Virus record (IMG/VR): IMGVR_UViG_3300038393_001290
Location: 1 to 55,802 of that record
Reading direction: 5' to 3' (one strand)
Origin: a virus
Length of the DNA stretch: 55,802 nt
The stretch's first letter is position 1, and every line of letters starts with the position of its first letter. The notes below the pieces were generated by a model that had not been told where the DNA came from, made no database searches, and was given only the letters and a program-made list of their open reading frames with translations. The translations under genes and the position numbers were made by a program. Of the stretch, positions 40,479 to 48,586 are shown one piece after another.

Positions 40479-41389
40479 TGCACGCCCTCCGGCTGCGGCG
40501 CCCAGCGCTTGGCCTCGGACTGCATCACGCCCACCACCCGGCGGTACTCGTCCTCGTGCATGACGGCCTTCCAGCCGTCCTTGTTCTTCTCCCAGGTCTC
40601 CTTGAAGGCCTCGGCGCTCGTGGCGTCGCGTAGGGTGGTGGCGGCGAGGTCCACGGCCGACATGACCGGTTCCGCGCCGTTCTCCAGCCAAGCCATCACC
40701 CGCCGGCCGGTGTCCTCGCTGATCCGCTCCGGATCGCCCGCGAAAAGCCCGGTGCGGTCCTTAGAGGCCACAGCGAAATGGCCGTCGTGGATCAGGTCCA
40801 GAACCGTGGTGAACTCATACTCGATGCCGTCGCGCTGCTCGGCCTTCATGCCGAGCTTGACGACCTTCTTCTTGCGGCCGTCATCCACCTGCGCCGTCTC
40901 GGTTTTGGACCGCATGGTGGCGATGATGTGCATGGAGGATCGCAGCATCGCGTCGAGGAAGGCGCGGTGGCGCGGCGTGATCGCCGACCAGGCCATGTAG
41001 CTGTTGCCGCCGAAGCTGGCCTTGGCGACGTGATCCACCAGCTCCAGACAGCCGCCGAGGCCGGACCATTCCGCCGTCGTGCTGTCGATGACGCAGATGT
41101 CGTAGCCGGCGTTCTCAGCGGCGCGGATCGCCTCGATGAAGCGCTCCGGCGTATAGGGCGGATCGAGGCTGAGCGCGTCGAACTCCGGCGGCTCGAACAG
41201 TGAGCCATCCGGCAGCTTCAGCGGCTCGGCGTAGAGCGAGGCGCTGTCCCGCTCGGTGTCGATGACCGCGATGCGACCGCCCATGCCCTTGGCGATGAGC
41301 AGCGCGCCCATGGTCTTGCCGGAGCCCGATGGGCCACCGATGCCGAGGCGCAGCTTGGCCTTGCGGCGTTGGGCTTTCTGGAATTGCAT
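40475..41389 (-). CDS. AAA_24 / Sak4-like RecA-fold ATPase (single-strand annealing accessory)
   Basis: Walker A GIGGPSGSGKT, Walker B ICVIDS, then RSKTE...; typical partner of Gp157-like genes. Confidence 0.75.
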   Translation of the reverse strand: MQFQKAQRRKAKLRLGIGGPSGSGKTMGALLIAKGMGGRIAVIDTERDSASLYAEPLKLPDGSLFEPPEFDALSLDPPYTPERFIEAIRAAENAGYDICVIDSTTAEWSGLGGCLELVDHVAKASFGGNSYMAWSAITPRHRAFLDAMLRSSMHIIATMRSKTETAQVDDGRKKKVVKLGMKAEQRDGIEYEFTTVLDLIHDGHFAVASKDRTGLFAGDPERISEDTGRRVMAWLENGAEPVMSAVDLAATTLRDATSAEAFKETWEKNKDGWKAVMHEDEYRRVVGVMQSEAKRWAPQPEGVH

Positions 41390-41610
41390 CAGGCGGCATC
41401 CCTCTGGTTGAGCCGCGCAAGCGCGTCCTCGCGCGTCTCGCGTTCGGCTTGGTTGATGGTTTCGCGGGCGTCGTGGACGGCGTGCCAGACCTCGTTCAGG
41501 GCGCGCTTCATCGCGTCCAGGTCGGGGGCCATCTCGGCCTCATGGGCGCGGGTCGCGACGGCATGGACCGCGGCGCGGATGCGCGTGTTGGCGGCGCGGG
41601 AGAGGTTCAT
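41389..41610 (-). CDS. Hypothetical 73-aa helical protein
   Basis: ATGA overlap upstream; stop overlaps the Sak4-like start. Confidence 0.5.
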   Translation of the reverse strand: MNLSRAANTRIRAAVHAVATRAHEAEMAPDLDAMKRALNEVWHAVHDARETINQAERETREDALARLNQRDAA

Positions 41611-41816
41611 TGATGCACCTGGGATTGCAGGGTGTGCTCGACGCACTCGACGCAAACCGGGGCGTCAGACGGCCCCCCGCACAGATTACAGGTCAGTGCG
41701 GGGACGGGGGGCAGCGCTCTTGGGCGCGCCGCACAGGTCGAACGGGCGTGGTCCCGGGCGGACCCCTCAAACGACCTCTGTTCATCCCCTGTGCTAAGGG
41801 AGGTGGAGCTAGTCAT
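41607..41816 (-). CDS. Hypothetical 69-aa protein with C-terminal CxxC...CxxC
   Basis: CNLCGGPSDAPVCVECVEH; coupled at both ends. Confidence 0.45.
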   Translation of the reverse strand: MTSSTSLSTGDEQRSFEGSARDHARSTCAARPRALPPVPALTCNLCGGPSDAPVCVECVEHTLQSQVHQ

Positions 41817-42165
41817 TGACGCGCTCCAGACGCTCCGGGTCGATGGTCAGGTGATCGCCTTCATCGCTGGCCAGCCACGCGTGCTTGCCGTCAATGGCGG
41901 CGAGCCGCACTACCCGGCCGGTCCATAGGAAGTCGTCAGGCATTTCCGCGCCGACCTTCACCCGATCCCCGACAGCCAGGGCCTTGGGGGTGACGGCCGC
42001 GATCTCGTCGCCAAGCACCATGAAGCTGCTGGACAGCTCTTGGTCGGCGTCGCTCACGGTGAGGCAATGGAAGATGTTCCGAGCTGCCGAACCGCGCTCG
42101 CGCACTACGCAGCGAACCAGCACTTCATCGCCCGGCTTGATCTTGCTGAGATCGACGGCCATCAC
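41809..42165 (-). CDS. Hypothetical 118-aa protein
   Basis: Beta-rich (SH3/Tudor-like feel); coupled to its neighbours. Confidence 0.55.
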   Translation of the reverse strand: MMAVDLSKIKPGDEVLVRCVVRERGSAARNIFHCLTVSDADQELSSSFMVLGDEIAAVTPKALAVGDRVKVGAEMPDDFLWTGRVVRLAAIDGKHAWLASDEGDHLTIDPERLERVND

Positions 42166-42431
42166 ATCGTCCTCGACACGATGGCTTCGAGCGTCTGGAC
42201 GCGGCTCTCGATGTCCTCGACCAGGCGCGAGGTCAGCTCGCGGATGCCCGGCGGATAGACGTCGCCGCCATCGGCGATCTCGGCCGCGATCTGCTCGATG
42301 CGGACCATCTCGGCGGCGAGCGCGCGGACGTGATCCTTGGCGAGCGCCTTGGCTTCGGCCTGCAGCCGGCGCACGCGCTCGGCGACGGTTTCCGGCTTGG
42401 GCTCCACGACGTGGAGGTTGGGTTTGGTCAC
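42162..42431 (-). CDS. Hypothetical 89-aa helical protein (GTG start)
   Basis: GTGA overlap with the upstream mini-ORF. Confidence 0.55.
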   Translation of the reverse strand: MTKPNLHVVEPKPETVAERVRRLQAEAKALAKDHVRALAAEMVRIEQIAAEIADGGDVYPPGIRELTSRLVEDIESRVQTLEAIVSRTM

Positions 42432-42520
42432 GGTTTCACTCCGAGAACGAGAGCCACATAGGCGGGGCTGAGAAGCGCCAGGATCAGCGCGTCCCAGAGG
42501 AGGCGTTGGAAGCGGGTCAC
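42428..42520 (-). CDS. 30-aa hydrophobic peptide (GTG start)
   Basis: VTRFQRLLWDALILALLSPAYVALVLGVKP; fills the gap between two genes exactly; very short. Confidence 0.3.
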   Translation of the reverse strand: MTRFQRLLWDALILALLSPAYVALVLGVKP

Positions 42521-42522
42521 GG

Positions 42523-42735
42523 CTAAGCAGCCTTCGCTTTGCGGAAATGCGAGATGCGCGGGATGAAGAGCGGATGGGCGGAGGCGGCTTCCCAGAGGTC
42601 GAGAAATTCGCGCCTCGCTCCAGCCTCCTGGTAGATCCCCAACAGCTGGTCTGCTTGCTCCAGGGTCAGGGAGACCGGACCTCCGTTGGAGATCATGTCC
42701 ACGCCGGAGGGGGTGGGGAGATAGCGGGCGGTCAT
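42523..42735 (-). CDS. Hypothetical 70-aa protein
   Basis: ORF with GC-rich third positions in the early-left operon. Confidence 0.5.
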   Translation of the reverse strand: MTARYLPTPSGVDMISNGGPVSLTLEQADQLLGIYQEAGARREFLDLWEAASAHPLFIPRISHFRKAKAA

Positions 42736-43082
42736 CAGGGTTGCCCCCCGGTGGCCTTGGCGATGGCGCGCTCCTGCGTGTCCGCCATGAGGATCAGCAG
42801 GCCGGCGTGAAGCCCATGGCCGGCCTCAGCCAGCAGCTTCGCAGCCTCGCGGACGTTCACGGGGTCAAGGCTGTCCAGCAGCTCAGGCGCGGCGGCGATC
42901 AGGCGGGCATTGGCCTCCCCCGCCTCTCGCACCGCCTCGACGTCCGTGATGACGGCGGCGACGACCCAATGCCCTTCGTCGGCTCGGGATTCGATTTCCC
43001 ACGCGCTGCAATCGCCAGCGTAGGAGTCGCCGTTCGTCGCGTTCACGACCCACGGCCCCGGCGTGTGCTTGGCTTCTCTCAC
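42735..43082 (-). CDS. Hypothetical 115-aa protein (HTPGPW...ANARLIAAAPELL family)
   Basis: Motifs common in small early phage proteins; function unknown. Confidence 0.6.
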   Translation of the reverse strand: MREAKHTPGPWVVNATNGDSYAGDCSAWEIESRADEGHWVVAAVITDVEAVREAGEANARLIAAAPELLDSLDPVNVREAAKLLAEAGHGLHAGLLILMADTQERAIAKATGGQP

Positions 43083-43327
43083 GCCGCGCTCCTCTGAACG
43101 ATGTGCAGCCGGTAGGCCTTGCCGTGGCTCTGGATGGAGACGATGGCGCCCTCTTCCAGATGGCCGGGCTCGTTGGCGATGAAGGACCCGCCGTCCATCC
43201 AGGGCTTGCCGAGGGTGATGCGGGTGAAGGGGGCGTCCACGATCCCGCCGCGATGCTCGGCGAAGGCATCGATCACCGGGAGGGTGAGGGCGGCTAGCAG
43301 CCCGGCTTGGGTTCCATCGGCGGGCAT
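43079..43327 (-). CDS. Hypothetical 82-aa protein
   Basis: Internal ATG 43327 lies 1 nt after the upstream stop. Confidence 0.5.
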   Translation of the reverse strand: MPADGTQAGLLAALTLPVIDAFAEHRGGIVDAPFTRITLGKPWMDGGSFIANEPGHLEEGAIVSIQSHGKAYRLHIVQRSAA

Positions 43328-43328
43328 G

Positions 43329-43574
43329 TCAGGCCTCCGCCTTGGTGGTCGGAGTGGCGGGGAATCCGATGCCGACGAAAAGCATCTGTCGCTCACGGTC
43401 CCCGCTCCAGGTGCAGACCTCGCCAGCCTTCAGGCGATCGCGGGTCAACTGATAGAGCCGCAGGGCTTGCCGGATGACCGCCGTCTTAGAGAGGTCGGTG
43501 TCCGCCGCGATCTGCTCCACCACCCGCATTTCCGCGGGGCGCAGGTTGAGCGTCATGGTCTCGCGCTCAGACAT
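43329..43574 (-). CDS. Ribbon-helix-helix (CopG/Arc-like) protein, 81 aa
   Basis: TLNLRPAEMRVVEQIAADTDLSKTAVIRQALRLY. Confidence 0.6.
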   Translation of the reverse strand: MSERETMTLNLRPAEMRVVEQIAADTDLSKTAVIRQALRLYQLTRDRLKAGEVCTWSGDRERQMLFVGIGFPATPTTKAEA

Positions 43575-43842
43575 GACGTTCCGCCTCATCCTTCGGTAGG
43601 GCTTGGGCGGTTTGTTCTGGTTGCGTGCGGCCGTCGTTCTCAGGCGACACCGAAGTTTTCGGTCCGCTTGGGGAAGAAGTTTTCCGTTGCGGCTCCAGGC
43701 CCGCGGGCAGTTCCCGGATTGCTTCGGCCGCCGCGCGGACTCCGCCAACCGTCAGGTCGTGCATGACCGTCTGGTGCAGAATGGTGGAGCGGGAGCCCGC
43801 GCTATCGGCGGCGTAGGCGAGGAAGGCGTCGAGGTCTCCCAT
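43567..43842 (-). CDS. Hypothetical 91-aa protein
   Basis: ATG 43842 overlaps the upstream stop. Confidence 0.5.
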   Translation of the reverse strand: MGDLDAFLAYAADSAGSRSTILHQTVMHDLTVGGVRAAAEAIRELPAGLEPQRKTSSPSGPKTSVSPENDGRTQPEQTAQALPKDEAERHV

Positions 43843-44171
43843 CACGCCGCCTCGCACATGAAAGCGCCGCGGCCGTGGTTCTTGCCGCCGCACGCGCACT
43901 CGCACTTCATCGTGCGGCCGGTGGCATACATGCAGCGGTCATCGCACTCGTGGCGGGAAGGATTGGCCTTCAGCTCAACGGTGCGGGTGATGCGGACCTT
44001 GTGGCCACCATCCAGAAGACCGAACAGCTCGTTCCCGATGAAGGTCACGCGGGCGGGGACATCGCGGTAACGCGGCGCTCCGTAGCGGTCCTCACCGATA
44101 CGCTCGCGGCGGTCGGTCCACTCTAGGCTGGAGCCGTTGGGCTGGTCGGCGAAGTAAGAGAAGCGGGCCAT
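43842..44171 (-). CDS. Hypothetical 109-aa protein with C-terminal Cys cluster; first gene of the early-left operon
   Basis: GAGGAAG SD; HECDDRCMYATGRTMKCECACGGKNHG. Confidence 0.6.
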   Translation of the reverse strand: MARFSYFADQPNGSSLEWTDRRERIGEDRYGAPRYRDVPARVTFIGNELFGLLDGGHKVRITRTVELKANPSRHECDDRCMYATGRTMKCECACGGKNHGRGAFMCEAA

Positions 44172-44207
44172 CTGCGGCTTCCTCATCAGCGTCGTTCTGA
44201 TGAAGGA

Positions 44208-44262
44208 ACTATGCGCACACGCACAGTCGGGCGTCAAACACTTTCTATGCGAGCACGCATAG
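44208..44262 (-). promoter_or_regulatory. Early-left promoter with two operators
   Basis: Minus strand TTGACG (44237-32)-18 nt-CATAGT (44213-08). Operator CTGTGCGTGTGCGCATAG lies between the boxes (44209-26); perfect palindrome CTATGCGAGCACGCATAG sits at 44245-62. Confidence 0.6.
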
Positions 44263-44270
44263 GTGCGACC

Positions 44271-44294
44271 AAAAAGAAAGCCCCCGAAGGGGCT
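44271..44294 (-). terminator. Intrinsic terminator downstream of the repressor gene
   Basis: Minus strand AGCCCC-TTCG-GGGGCT followed by TTCTTTTT. Confidence 0.75.
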
Positions 44295-44318
44295 CTCGCG
44301 CGCGCGATCCTTATAGGG

Positions 44319-44744
44319 CTAGGCGACCTTGGCGAGCATCTGGTCCAGCTCGCGCTTCAGCTCGCTCTTCCTCATCGGGTCGGTGGCCTCGGCGAGCTGG
44401 CGTCCCAACTCGAGCATCCGCTGCCACTCCGGAGAAGACTGCAGGAAGGCCTCCACCTCCAATGTCGTGGGGGAGGGGCGGGGCGCGTGGAGGGCGCGCA
44501 GCGCGTCCTTGAGCCCCTCATGGATGGGGATGCCCGACTGCTCCTCAAGGATCATGAGCTTGGGATAGCCCAGCGAGTGCTTGAGCTTCAGGGCCTTATT
44601 GATGGTCGTTGAGGCCACGCCTGCGCGTCGCCCGATCTCGGACTGTGACCAGCCGCGGGTCAGCTCCAGCGCTTTCAGATAGGCGGCGACCTGGTGGCGA
44701 TAGTTCTGCTCTCGGTCGGAAGCGGTCTCGGCCATGAGCGCCAT
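44319..44744 (-). CDS. CI-like repressor (XRE HTH, no S24 peptidase domain)
   Basis: LTRGWSQSEIGRRAGVASTTINKAL HTH; divergent from the cro-like gene across the operator region; ATG 44735 is an alternative start. Confidence 0.7.
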   Translation of the reverse strand: MALMAETASDREQNYRHQVAAYLKALELTRGWSQSEIGRRAGVASTTINKALKLKHSLGYPKLMILEEQSGIPIHEGLKDALRALHAPRPSPTTLEVEAFLQSSPEWQRMLELGRQLAEATDPMRKSELKRELDQMLAKVA

Positions 44745-44800
44745 TATGCCGCGCGCTGCGTCCTTCGCGCGCTCAGCGGGTACGCACACCGATCTTATGC

Positions 44801-44828
44801 TTGACTTCTGTGCGTGCGCGCATAGAGT
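44801..44828 (+). promoter_or_regulatory. Early-right promoter with operator
   Basis: TTGACT-16 nt-TAGAGT with CTGTGCGTGCGCGCATAG (44808-25) between the boxes; ATG 44835 lies 6 nt after the -10 (leaderless). Confidence 0.6.
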
Positions 44829-44834
44829 GCCGCT

Positions 44835-45026
44835 ATGCAGATCGCCCCCGAAGTGCGCGAGCTTCAAGAGCTGGCCGCCAACGCCCAGATCCCGATCACG
44901 CGCGCTCTCGCCAAAGCCGGCGTCGCGAACAGCACCTACTGGCGCTGGTGTCACGAGGGGAAGGACCCGAAAGCCGGAAGTCTGCGCAAGGTCCGCGCCG
45001 CGATACGGGAGTTGGCGGAGGGCTGA
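44835..45026 (+). CDS. Cro-like HTH protein (63 aa)
   Basis: ITRALAKAGVANSTYWRW HTH; position opposite the repressor. Confidence 0.65.
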   Translation: MQIAPEVRELQELAANAQIPITRALAKAGVANSTYWRWCHEGKDPKAGSLRKVRAAIRELAEG

Positions 45027-45042
45027 TGAACCGGGTGGGGGC

Positions 45043-45330
45043 CTACTCCGGCGGTATCGCGGCGGTGAGCGTGGGCTGCACGCTCTCCAGCCAGAGCAAC
45101 GCCTGCCGCCGTGCGCGCATCACCGCTGGCCGGTCCCGCGTCGGCCGTATCGGCAGGATCACGCTCATCTTCTCCTCGTCGGAGAGGATGGTCAGCCACT
45201 CGCGCAAGAACTTCTCGCCCTTCCGCCGGCCGAACGTGCGGATGATCGCCTCTGCGCCGGTTCGGATCAGCACGAGCGACACGTCCACGTCTGGCAGTCC
45301 ATCGACGGACCGCGTCTGGAACTCCGGCAT
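45043..45330 (-). CDS. Hypothetical 95-aa protein, convergent with the cro-like gene
   Basis: ATG 45330; GC-rich third positions; its own upstream region holds a CCCCC/GGGGG hairpin and TTGCCG-18-TTTATC. Confidence 0.55.
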   Translation of the reverse strand: MPEFQTRSVDGLPDVDVSLVLIRTGAEAIIRTFGRRKGEKFLREWLTILSDEEKMSVILPIRPTRDRPAVMRARRQALLWLESVQPTLTAAIPPE

Positions 45331-45541
45331 TGCAATCAACCCCCACACAACCGGGGGAGTCGGTCACGTTCGACCTGAACGCGAGATAAACGAACTTCGT
45401 CTTCATTGCGGCAAGGTTACTCACCATCAGCCTTACCGCCCCGACAACCATCCGTTTCAGCCATACAATTGCAACCGCTCGGTTGAGCGGACGCGAGGCG
45501 CTGCCAGCAGAGCGCGATTGAACGAGAACCCAAAATGGGCC

Positions 45542-45571
45542 CCCTCCCCTCGGCTGACCGGACGGGGAGGG
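45542..45571 (+). promoter_or_regulatory. Stem-loop sequestering the SD of the 45578 gene
   Basis: CCCTCCCC (45542-49) pairs with GGGGAGGG (45564-71), which contains the GGAGGG SD 8 nt before the ATG; an inner CGG/CCG stem extends it. Confidence 0.5.
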
Positions 45572-45577
45572 TAGGGG

Positions 45578-45946
45578 ATGACCCGCGACGGCCTTCAACG
45601 CGCCTTGCTGGACCTTGGGTGGATTTCGCTGACGCAGCGAGCGCTCGGCATCCGGCCGGCTGAGGCCTACGCGCTTCGGCAGCTTACGCGCCGGCCCGGA
45701 ACCCCCGTCACGCTTCGCTCGATTGCCGATGAATACGGCGACAAGGGCGGCTTCTGCACCGGCAGCGACGACGCTATCCGGAAGCGTGTCGAGCGCGTCC
45801 GAACCGCGCTGAGTGACGTCGGCTGCGAAGGCGCAATCCAGACCATCGTGGGCGCCAAGGCCTATGTCGTGGAGCCGCGAGACGCGCGCCGCATCGAGAA
45901 TGCGGTGCTGTACGCCTGCGGCATCGAAATCTCGGAGGCCGCATGA
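45578..45946 (+). CDS. Winged-helix (OmpR/PhoB C-terminal-like) DNA-binding protein
   Basis: AIRKRVERVRTALSDVGCEGAIQTIVGAKAYVV resembles the trans_reg_C recognition helix and wing. Confidence 0.5.
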   Translation: MTRDGLQRALLDLGWISLTQRALGIRPAEAYALRQLTRRPGTPVTLRSIADEYGDKGGFCTGSDDAIRKRVERVRTALSDVGCEGAIQTIVGAKAYVVEPRDARRIENAVLYACGIEISEAA

Positions 45947-46287
45947 CCTCCCACCCGATTGCGCTCTCACCCCTGACGAGCCCCCTCCAGCAGAGAGCGC
46001 ATGAGGCGGACGGCCTGGCTGTCCGCCTCCCCATTCACCCGGCTCTGAGCCGGCAAATCTCGTCATCGACGGCTGGAGCTGGCTGCAACCAGCCCCGCCA
46101 TGTCGTCAAATCCCGCATCCCGGCGGGCGTACTTCTTCGCGGCGCGCCACAGGCTGACCCGCGTCTCAACATCTGTCGTCCGGCCCATCTCCTCCAAGAG
46201 CTGCCGGGCGATGTCCAATCCTTCTCCGCGTCCTCCGTCCACTTCGCGCCCTCCAAGTGCGCTGCCCGTCATGGGGATCACTCATGA
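45943..46287 (+). CDS. Hypothetical 114-aa protein
   Basis: ATGA overlaps at both ends argue for the plus-strand frame over the antisense ORF 46063-46281; composition is S/P/R/H-rich. Confidence 0.45.
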   Translation: MTSHPIALSPLTSPLQQRAHEADGLAVRLPIHPALSRQISSSTAGAGCNQPRHVVKSRIPAGVLLRGAPQADPRLNICRPAHLLQELPGDVQSFSASSVHFAPSKCAARHGDHS

Positions 46288-46691
46288 CGGACTGGACCAT
46301 GCAAAGCACTGAGCGCGATCTCAGCGAAATGTTGGGCGCCTACCTGCGCCGGCGGACGCCGAGCGCGAAACACCTCGCCCGCCAGATCGGTTGTGACCCG
46401 CGGACCGCTGAAGGTTTCCGCGCCGGTCGCCATTGGCCCCAGGCCAAGCACTGGATGGGAATTGTCGCCGCGTTCGGGCGCGATGTCACCGACGCTGTTT
46501 TCCACCCCGACGTGGCTGCGGCCCGTCTGCAAGAGGAGATCGCGCAGCTTGAAGCCGAACTCGCCGAAAGGCGCGCCGCCCTCGGGGTGGTGGGGACGGA
46601 GGCTCGCAGCTTTACGTCTCGCCATTCGAAGGCTGGCGCTCGCGATGAAGACCGGGCCGCCGCGCTGAGCGCCCAGGAGGCCGGGCGCTAA
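46284..46691 (+). CDS. Hypothetical 135-aa protein (possible HTH, C-terminal coiled coil)
   Basis: SAKHLARQIGCDPRTAEGFRAG HTH-like; LQEEIAQLEAELAERR. Confidence 0.55.
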   Translation: MTDWTMQSTERDLSEMLGAYLRRRTPSAKHLARQIGCDPRTAEGFRAGRHWPQAKHWMGIVAAFGRDVTDAVFHPDVAAARLQEEIAQLEAELAERRAALGVVGTEARSFTSRHSKAGARDEDRAAALSAQEAGR

Positions 46692-46864
46692 TGGCCTCGC
46701 GCATTTCACTCCTTACCGAGACCGTCGCCCGGTGTGTTCCGCGCCAGGACGGCGGCTATCTGATCGTCACCCGCAAGGGCAAATCCGCCGTCGCCACCTC
46801 GGAGATACCCGAGGGCGCTCACATCGTCATTCGCGACGGCCTAGCTGTGAGGGCCGCTCGATGA
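46691..46864 (+). CDS. Hypothetical 57-aa protein
   Basis: TAATG and ATGA junctions with its neighbours. Confidence 0.4.
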   Translation: MASRISLLTETVARCVPRQDGGYLIVTRKGKSAVATSEIPEGAHIVIRDGLAVRAAR

Positions 46865-47121
46865 GCGAAGAGACGAAGAAGCACAAACCCCGGAAGGCCA
46901 AGCCGACGCTGGTTGAGCAACGGCTGATGGCGGGGGCTGAAATCCTCAAAACCACCACTGCGGACGCAGATCGCGGCGTCTTCTGGACCTTCACCGACAC
47001 CGGCCGCTCGGCGCGGGGCGACATCGTTGAGCGCCTGATCGCCGCCGGCAAGCTTCTACCCGCTGGCGACGGCCTATTCGCGGGCGAAAGCCAGACCTGG
47101 CGTTACGCCGCGACGGCTTGA
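46861..47121 (+). CDS. Hypothetical 86-aa protein
   Basis: Basic N-terminus then a globular part; coupled upstream. Confidence 0.5.
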   Translation: MSEETKKHKPRKAKPTLVEQRLMAGAEILKTTTADADRGVFWTFTDTGRSARGDIVERLIAAGKLLPAGDGLFAGESQTWRYAATA

Positions 47122-47191
47122 GCTGACTGAGGGCATCCGCCAGCCCAATTCACGGCGGAGGGGCAAAATCTAGCGAGGGTGGGGGTAGCGC

Positions 47192-47479
47192 ATGAGCGCA
47201 CCGAAAAGCACATCTGAACAAGCCACGGCGAAGCTTGGCCCGGCCGAGATCGAGGCGTGGATGCTCTCTCGCGAGCCGTTCACCTATGGCGCGCTCTGCG
47301 AGAGGCGGGCGGCCATCGAGCAGGGCGCCATTCGAACGCAGCCCTACGACCACGACCGGCTGGTCGATCGCACGATCCAGAAGCTCCGCCGCAAGGGCCT
47401 GATCAAGTTCGAGCGCCAAGGCCGGATGACCGTCTGGACGCTCACGGATGAGGCTGTCGAGCTGGGCTACGGCCAATGA
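47192..47479 (+). CDS. Hypothetical 95-aa protein (possible winged helix)
   Basis: TIQKLRRKGLIKFERQGRMTVWTL. Confidence 0.5.
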   Translation: MSAPKSTSEQATAKLGPAEIEAWMLSREPFTYGALCERRAAIEQGAIRTQPYDHDRLVDRTIQKLRRKGLIKFERQGRMTVWTLTDEAVELGYGQ

Positions 47480-47646
47480 CCGCCCTCCGCAACATCTTCG
47501 CCTGGCTGAAGAACAGCCAAGCCGAACGCCTCAAGCGTGAACACGCAGCCGCCGTCTCCCTCGCCCTAGGTGGTGGAAAGGGAAGTCAGGTCGCAGCTCA
47601 TCGGGCTCATGCGCTCTGCCATGAACGTCTGCGGCGGGGGGTGTGA
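47476..47646 (+). CDS. Hypothetical 56-aa protein
   Basis: ATGA overlap upstream, TGATG overlap downstream. Confidence 0.4.
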   Translation: MTALRNIFAWLKNSQAERLKREHAAAVSLALGGGKGSQVAAHRAHALCHERLRRGV

Positions 47647-47819
47647 TGCACGTTCCCGGCTGGAAGCCGACTTGGTGGCGTCGTGCCCAACTCGTGTGGG
47701 TCGTGCCGATCTACATCATCCTTTTCCTGCCAGTGGCGTGCTGGATCGGGCTTCGCGAGCTCGGTAATCCGGTCACAGACCTGCCGCAGCTGGTCGCCGA
47801 CATTTGGCGGGGGGCGTGA
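47646..47819 (+). CDS. 57-aa membrane protein
   Basis: LVWVVPIYIILFLPVACWIGL transmembrane segment. Confidence 0.4.
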   Translation: MHVPGWKPTWWRRAQLVWVVPIYIILFLPVACWIGLRELGNPVTDLPQLVADIWRGA

Positions 47820-48586
47820 TGCGCGTCGCCGGAATGTTCGACGGCATCGGCGCTTTCGGCCTCGGCCTAGAGCGCGCCGGCCACACCGTAGTTTCGCACA
47901 CCGAAAAGGACCCCGACTGCCAGCGGATCCTCCGCAAGCATTGGCCCGACGTGCCGCTGCATGACGACGTGACCACCCGCGAATGGAAGGAAGGCGAGGC
48001 TGATGTCATCTGCGCAGGCTTCCCCTGTCAGGACGTTTCCCAGATGGGGCCGCGCACCGGACTGGCCGGGTCGCGTTCTGGACTGTGGCGGGAGGTGGTG
48101 CGAGCCCTTCGCGTGGTGGGACCAAAGTACGTCCTGCTGGAGAACGTGGAACGCCTGCGCAAGCGAGGTCTGGGAACGGTTCTCGGAGACCTGGCCGAGA
48201 GCGGGTATGACGCGGAGTGGGATTGCATACCGGCGAGCCACGTTGGCGCCCCGCACATACGGGACCGGATTTGGGTCGTCGCCCAGCCACAGCATCCCGA
48301 CCCCGTGCGCGCAAGACCACATAAAGCGCCGCTGCACCTCGTCGGAAGCGCTGAACTTTTCGACCAACAAGAGCGTGTCTCTGGACCGATGGGCGCGCCG
48401 CTGGCCGCTGCCCTGGCTCGGGTGGGATCAGCCTGCGGTCGAGCGTGGGATGCCGAGCCGCAGCTTCCTCGAGTGGCTGATGGATCTCCCGCCGACGTGG
48501 CTTGCGTAAAGCAGGCCGGCAATTCGCTCGTGCCGCGGGTCGCCGAGGCCATCGGACTGGCGATCACTGACGGGGTGGCCGCATGA
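47819..48586 (+). CDS. DNA (cytosine-5) methyltransferase
   Basis: Motifs FDGIGAFGLG (I), GFPCQDVS (IV), ENV (VI), RDRIW (VIII), QAGNSLVP (X); short target-recognition region. Confidence 0.85.
   Translation: MRVAGMFDGIGAFGLGLERAGHTVVSHTEKDPDCQRILRKHWPDVPLHDDVTTREWKEGEADVICAGFPCQDVSQMGPRTGLAGSRSGLWREVVRALRVVGPKYVLLENVERLRKRGLGTVLGDLAESGYDAEWDCIPASHVGAPHIRDRIWVVAQPQHPDPVRARPHKAPLHLVGSAELFDQQERVSGPMGAPLAAALARVGSACGRAWDAEPQLPRVADGSPADVACVKQAGNSLVPRVAEAIGLAITDGVAA

Noticed and set aside
44951-46066. 371-aa minus-strand ORF spanning the cro-like gene region and the spacer
   Set aside because: It crosses a clearly non-coding structured spacer and several better-supported genes, and it has no motifs. 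The shorter minus-strand gene 45043-45330 in another frame is preferred.
46063-46281. 72-aa minus-strand ORF with a fairly protein-like sequence
   Set aside because: It would leave only 11 bp for divergent promoters. It also competes with plus ORF 45943-46287, which is locked to both neighbours by ATGA overlaps. I keep it as a less likely alternative.
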